59,734 bases of DNA, taken from positions 1 to 59,734 of the IMG/VR virus record IMGVR_UViG_3300032676_000325; one strand, 5' to 3'. A program made the translations under genes and the position numbers. The notes beneath the pieces were generated by a model. The model was not told the DNA's origin, searched no databases, and worked only from the letters and a program-made list of their open reading frames with translations. Source of the DNA: a virus. Lineage: Duplodnaviria > Caudoviricetes. The number at the start of each line of letters is the position of its first letter. Within the stretch, counting starts at the first letter, position 1. Shown here piece by piece: positions 59,603 to 59,734 of this stretch.

Positions 59603-59734
59603 TTATCCGCGCCTCATTTTACTAACATCAATGGCATCTTCTTGACGGAATACAGGAATACCATTTGACTTATGTAGTTGGCCAATACCAATTATAGAAT
59701 CACCTGTGTAGACTTTGTCTGCTGGACGAGCAGC
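59603..59734 (-). CDS. 3' end of a conserved T4-like phage protein (gp61.1-like), partial
   Basis: Manual translation ...KVYTGDSIIGIGQLHKSNGIPVFRQEDAIDVSKMRRG*. Confidence 0.6.
   Translation of the reverse strand, partial: AARPADKVYTGDSIIGIGQLHKSNGIPVFRQEDAIDVSKMRRG

Noticed and set aside
272-59668. Many short antisense or alternate-frame ORFs in the track (e.g. 5294..5578, 18633..19019, 32127..32324, 43980..44243)
   Set aside because: They lie within or opposite well-supported genes and have no motifs or SD; treated as shadow ORFs.
1-59734. Bacterial chromosome origin suggested by clpA, dnaJ, infA, phoH and groES
   Set aside because: These genes are interspersed with a gp43-like polymerase, clamp loader, baseplate genes, a lysis cassette and T4-like late promoters, and lack their usual bacterial operon context.
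1-59734. CRISPR array, tRNA or rRNA genes
   Set aside because: Intergenic gaps are short, and I saw no spaced direct repeats or cloverleaf/T-loop signatures. This was a visual check only.
1-59734. Stop-codon reassignment
   Set aside because: Long genes are intact under the standard code, and TAA, TAG and TGA all end genes at tight junctions.

Overview
This window is an AT-rich, mostly minus-strand segment of a large T4-like (jumbo-type) dsDNA phage of a Gram-negative host, not bacterial chromosome. From left to right it holds: a 7-deazaguanine DNA-modification module (QueD-like LxxxHRHxF protein plus a TGT/DpdA-like transglycosylase); replication genes (sliding clamp, family B polymerase, and a clamp loader further on); a first modification island (methyltransferases, SGNH hydrolase, desaturase, 2OG oxygenase, hexapeptide acyltransferase); a ~17 kb late cluster of proteins whose N-termini resemble the T4 capsid-targeting sequence and which carry many internal hydrophobic-X-Glu sites; ClpA/DnaJ; a holin-spanin-GH19 lysis cassette; a second island (sulfotransferase-like paralogs, glutamine amidotransferase, ferritin-like protein, methyltransferase); PhoH, GroES, a DnaE-like fragment and MazG; baseplate/tail genes; two more desaturases, IF-1 and an HslV-like protease. 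Two promoter classes are visible: sigma70 consensus, and T4-late-like TAAATA, often 5-6 nt before an ATG. The best leads are (1) a candidate virion-packaged enzyme cargo system, (2) a shared unnamed domain linking a desaturase to the sulfotransferase-like family, (3) a structured RNA candidate at ~17.8 kb and (4) the DpdA/DpdL-like module. All functional calls come from motifs read by eye; no database searches were run.
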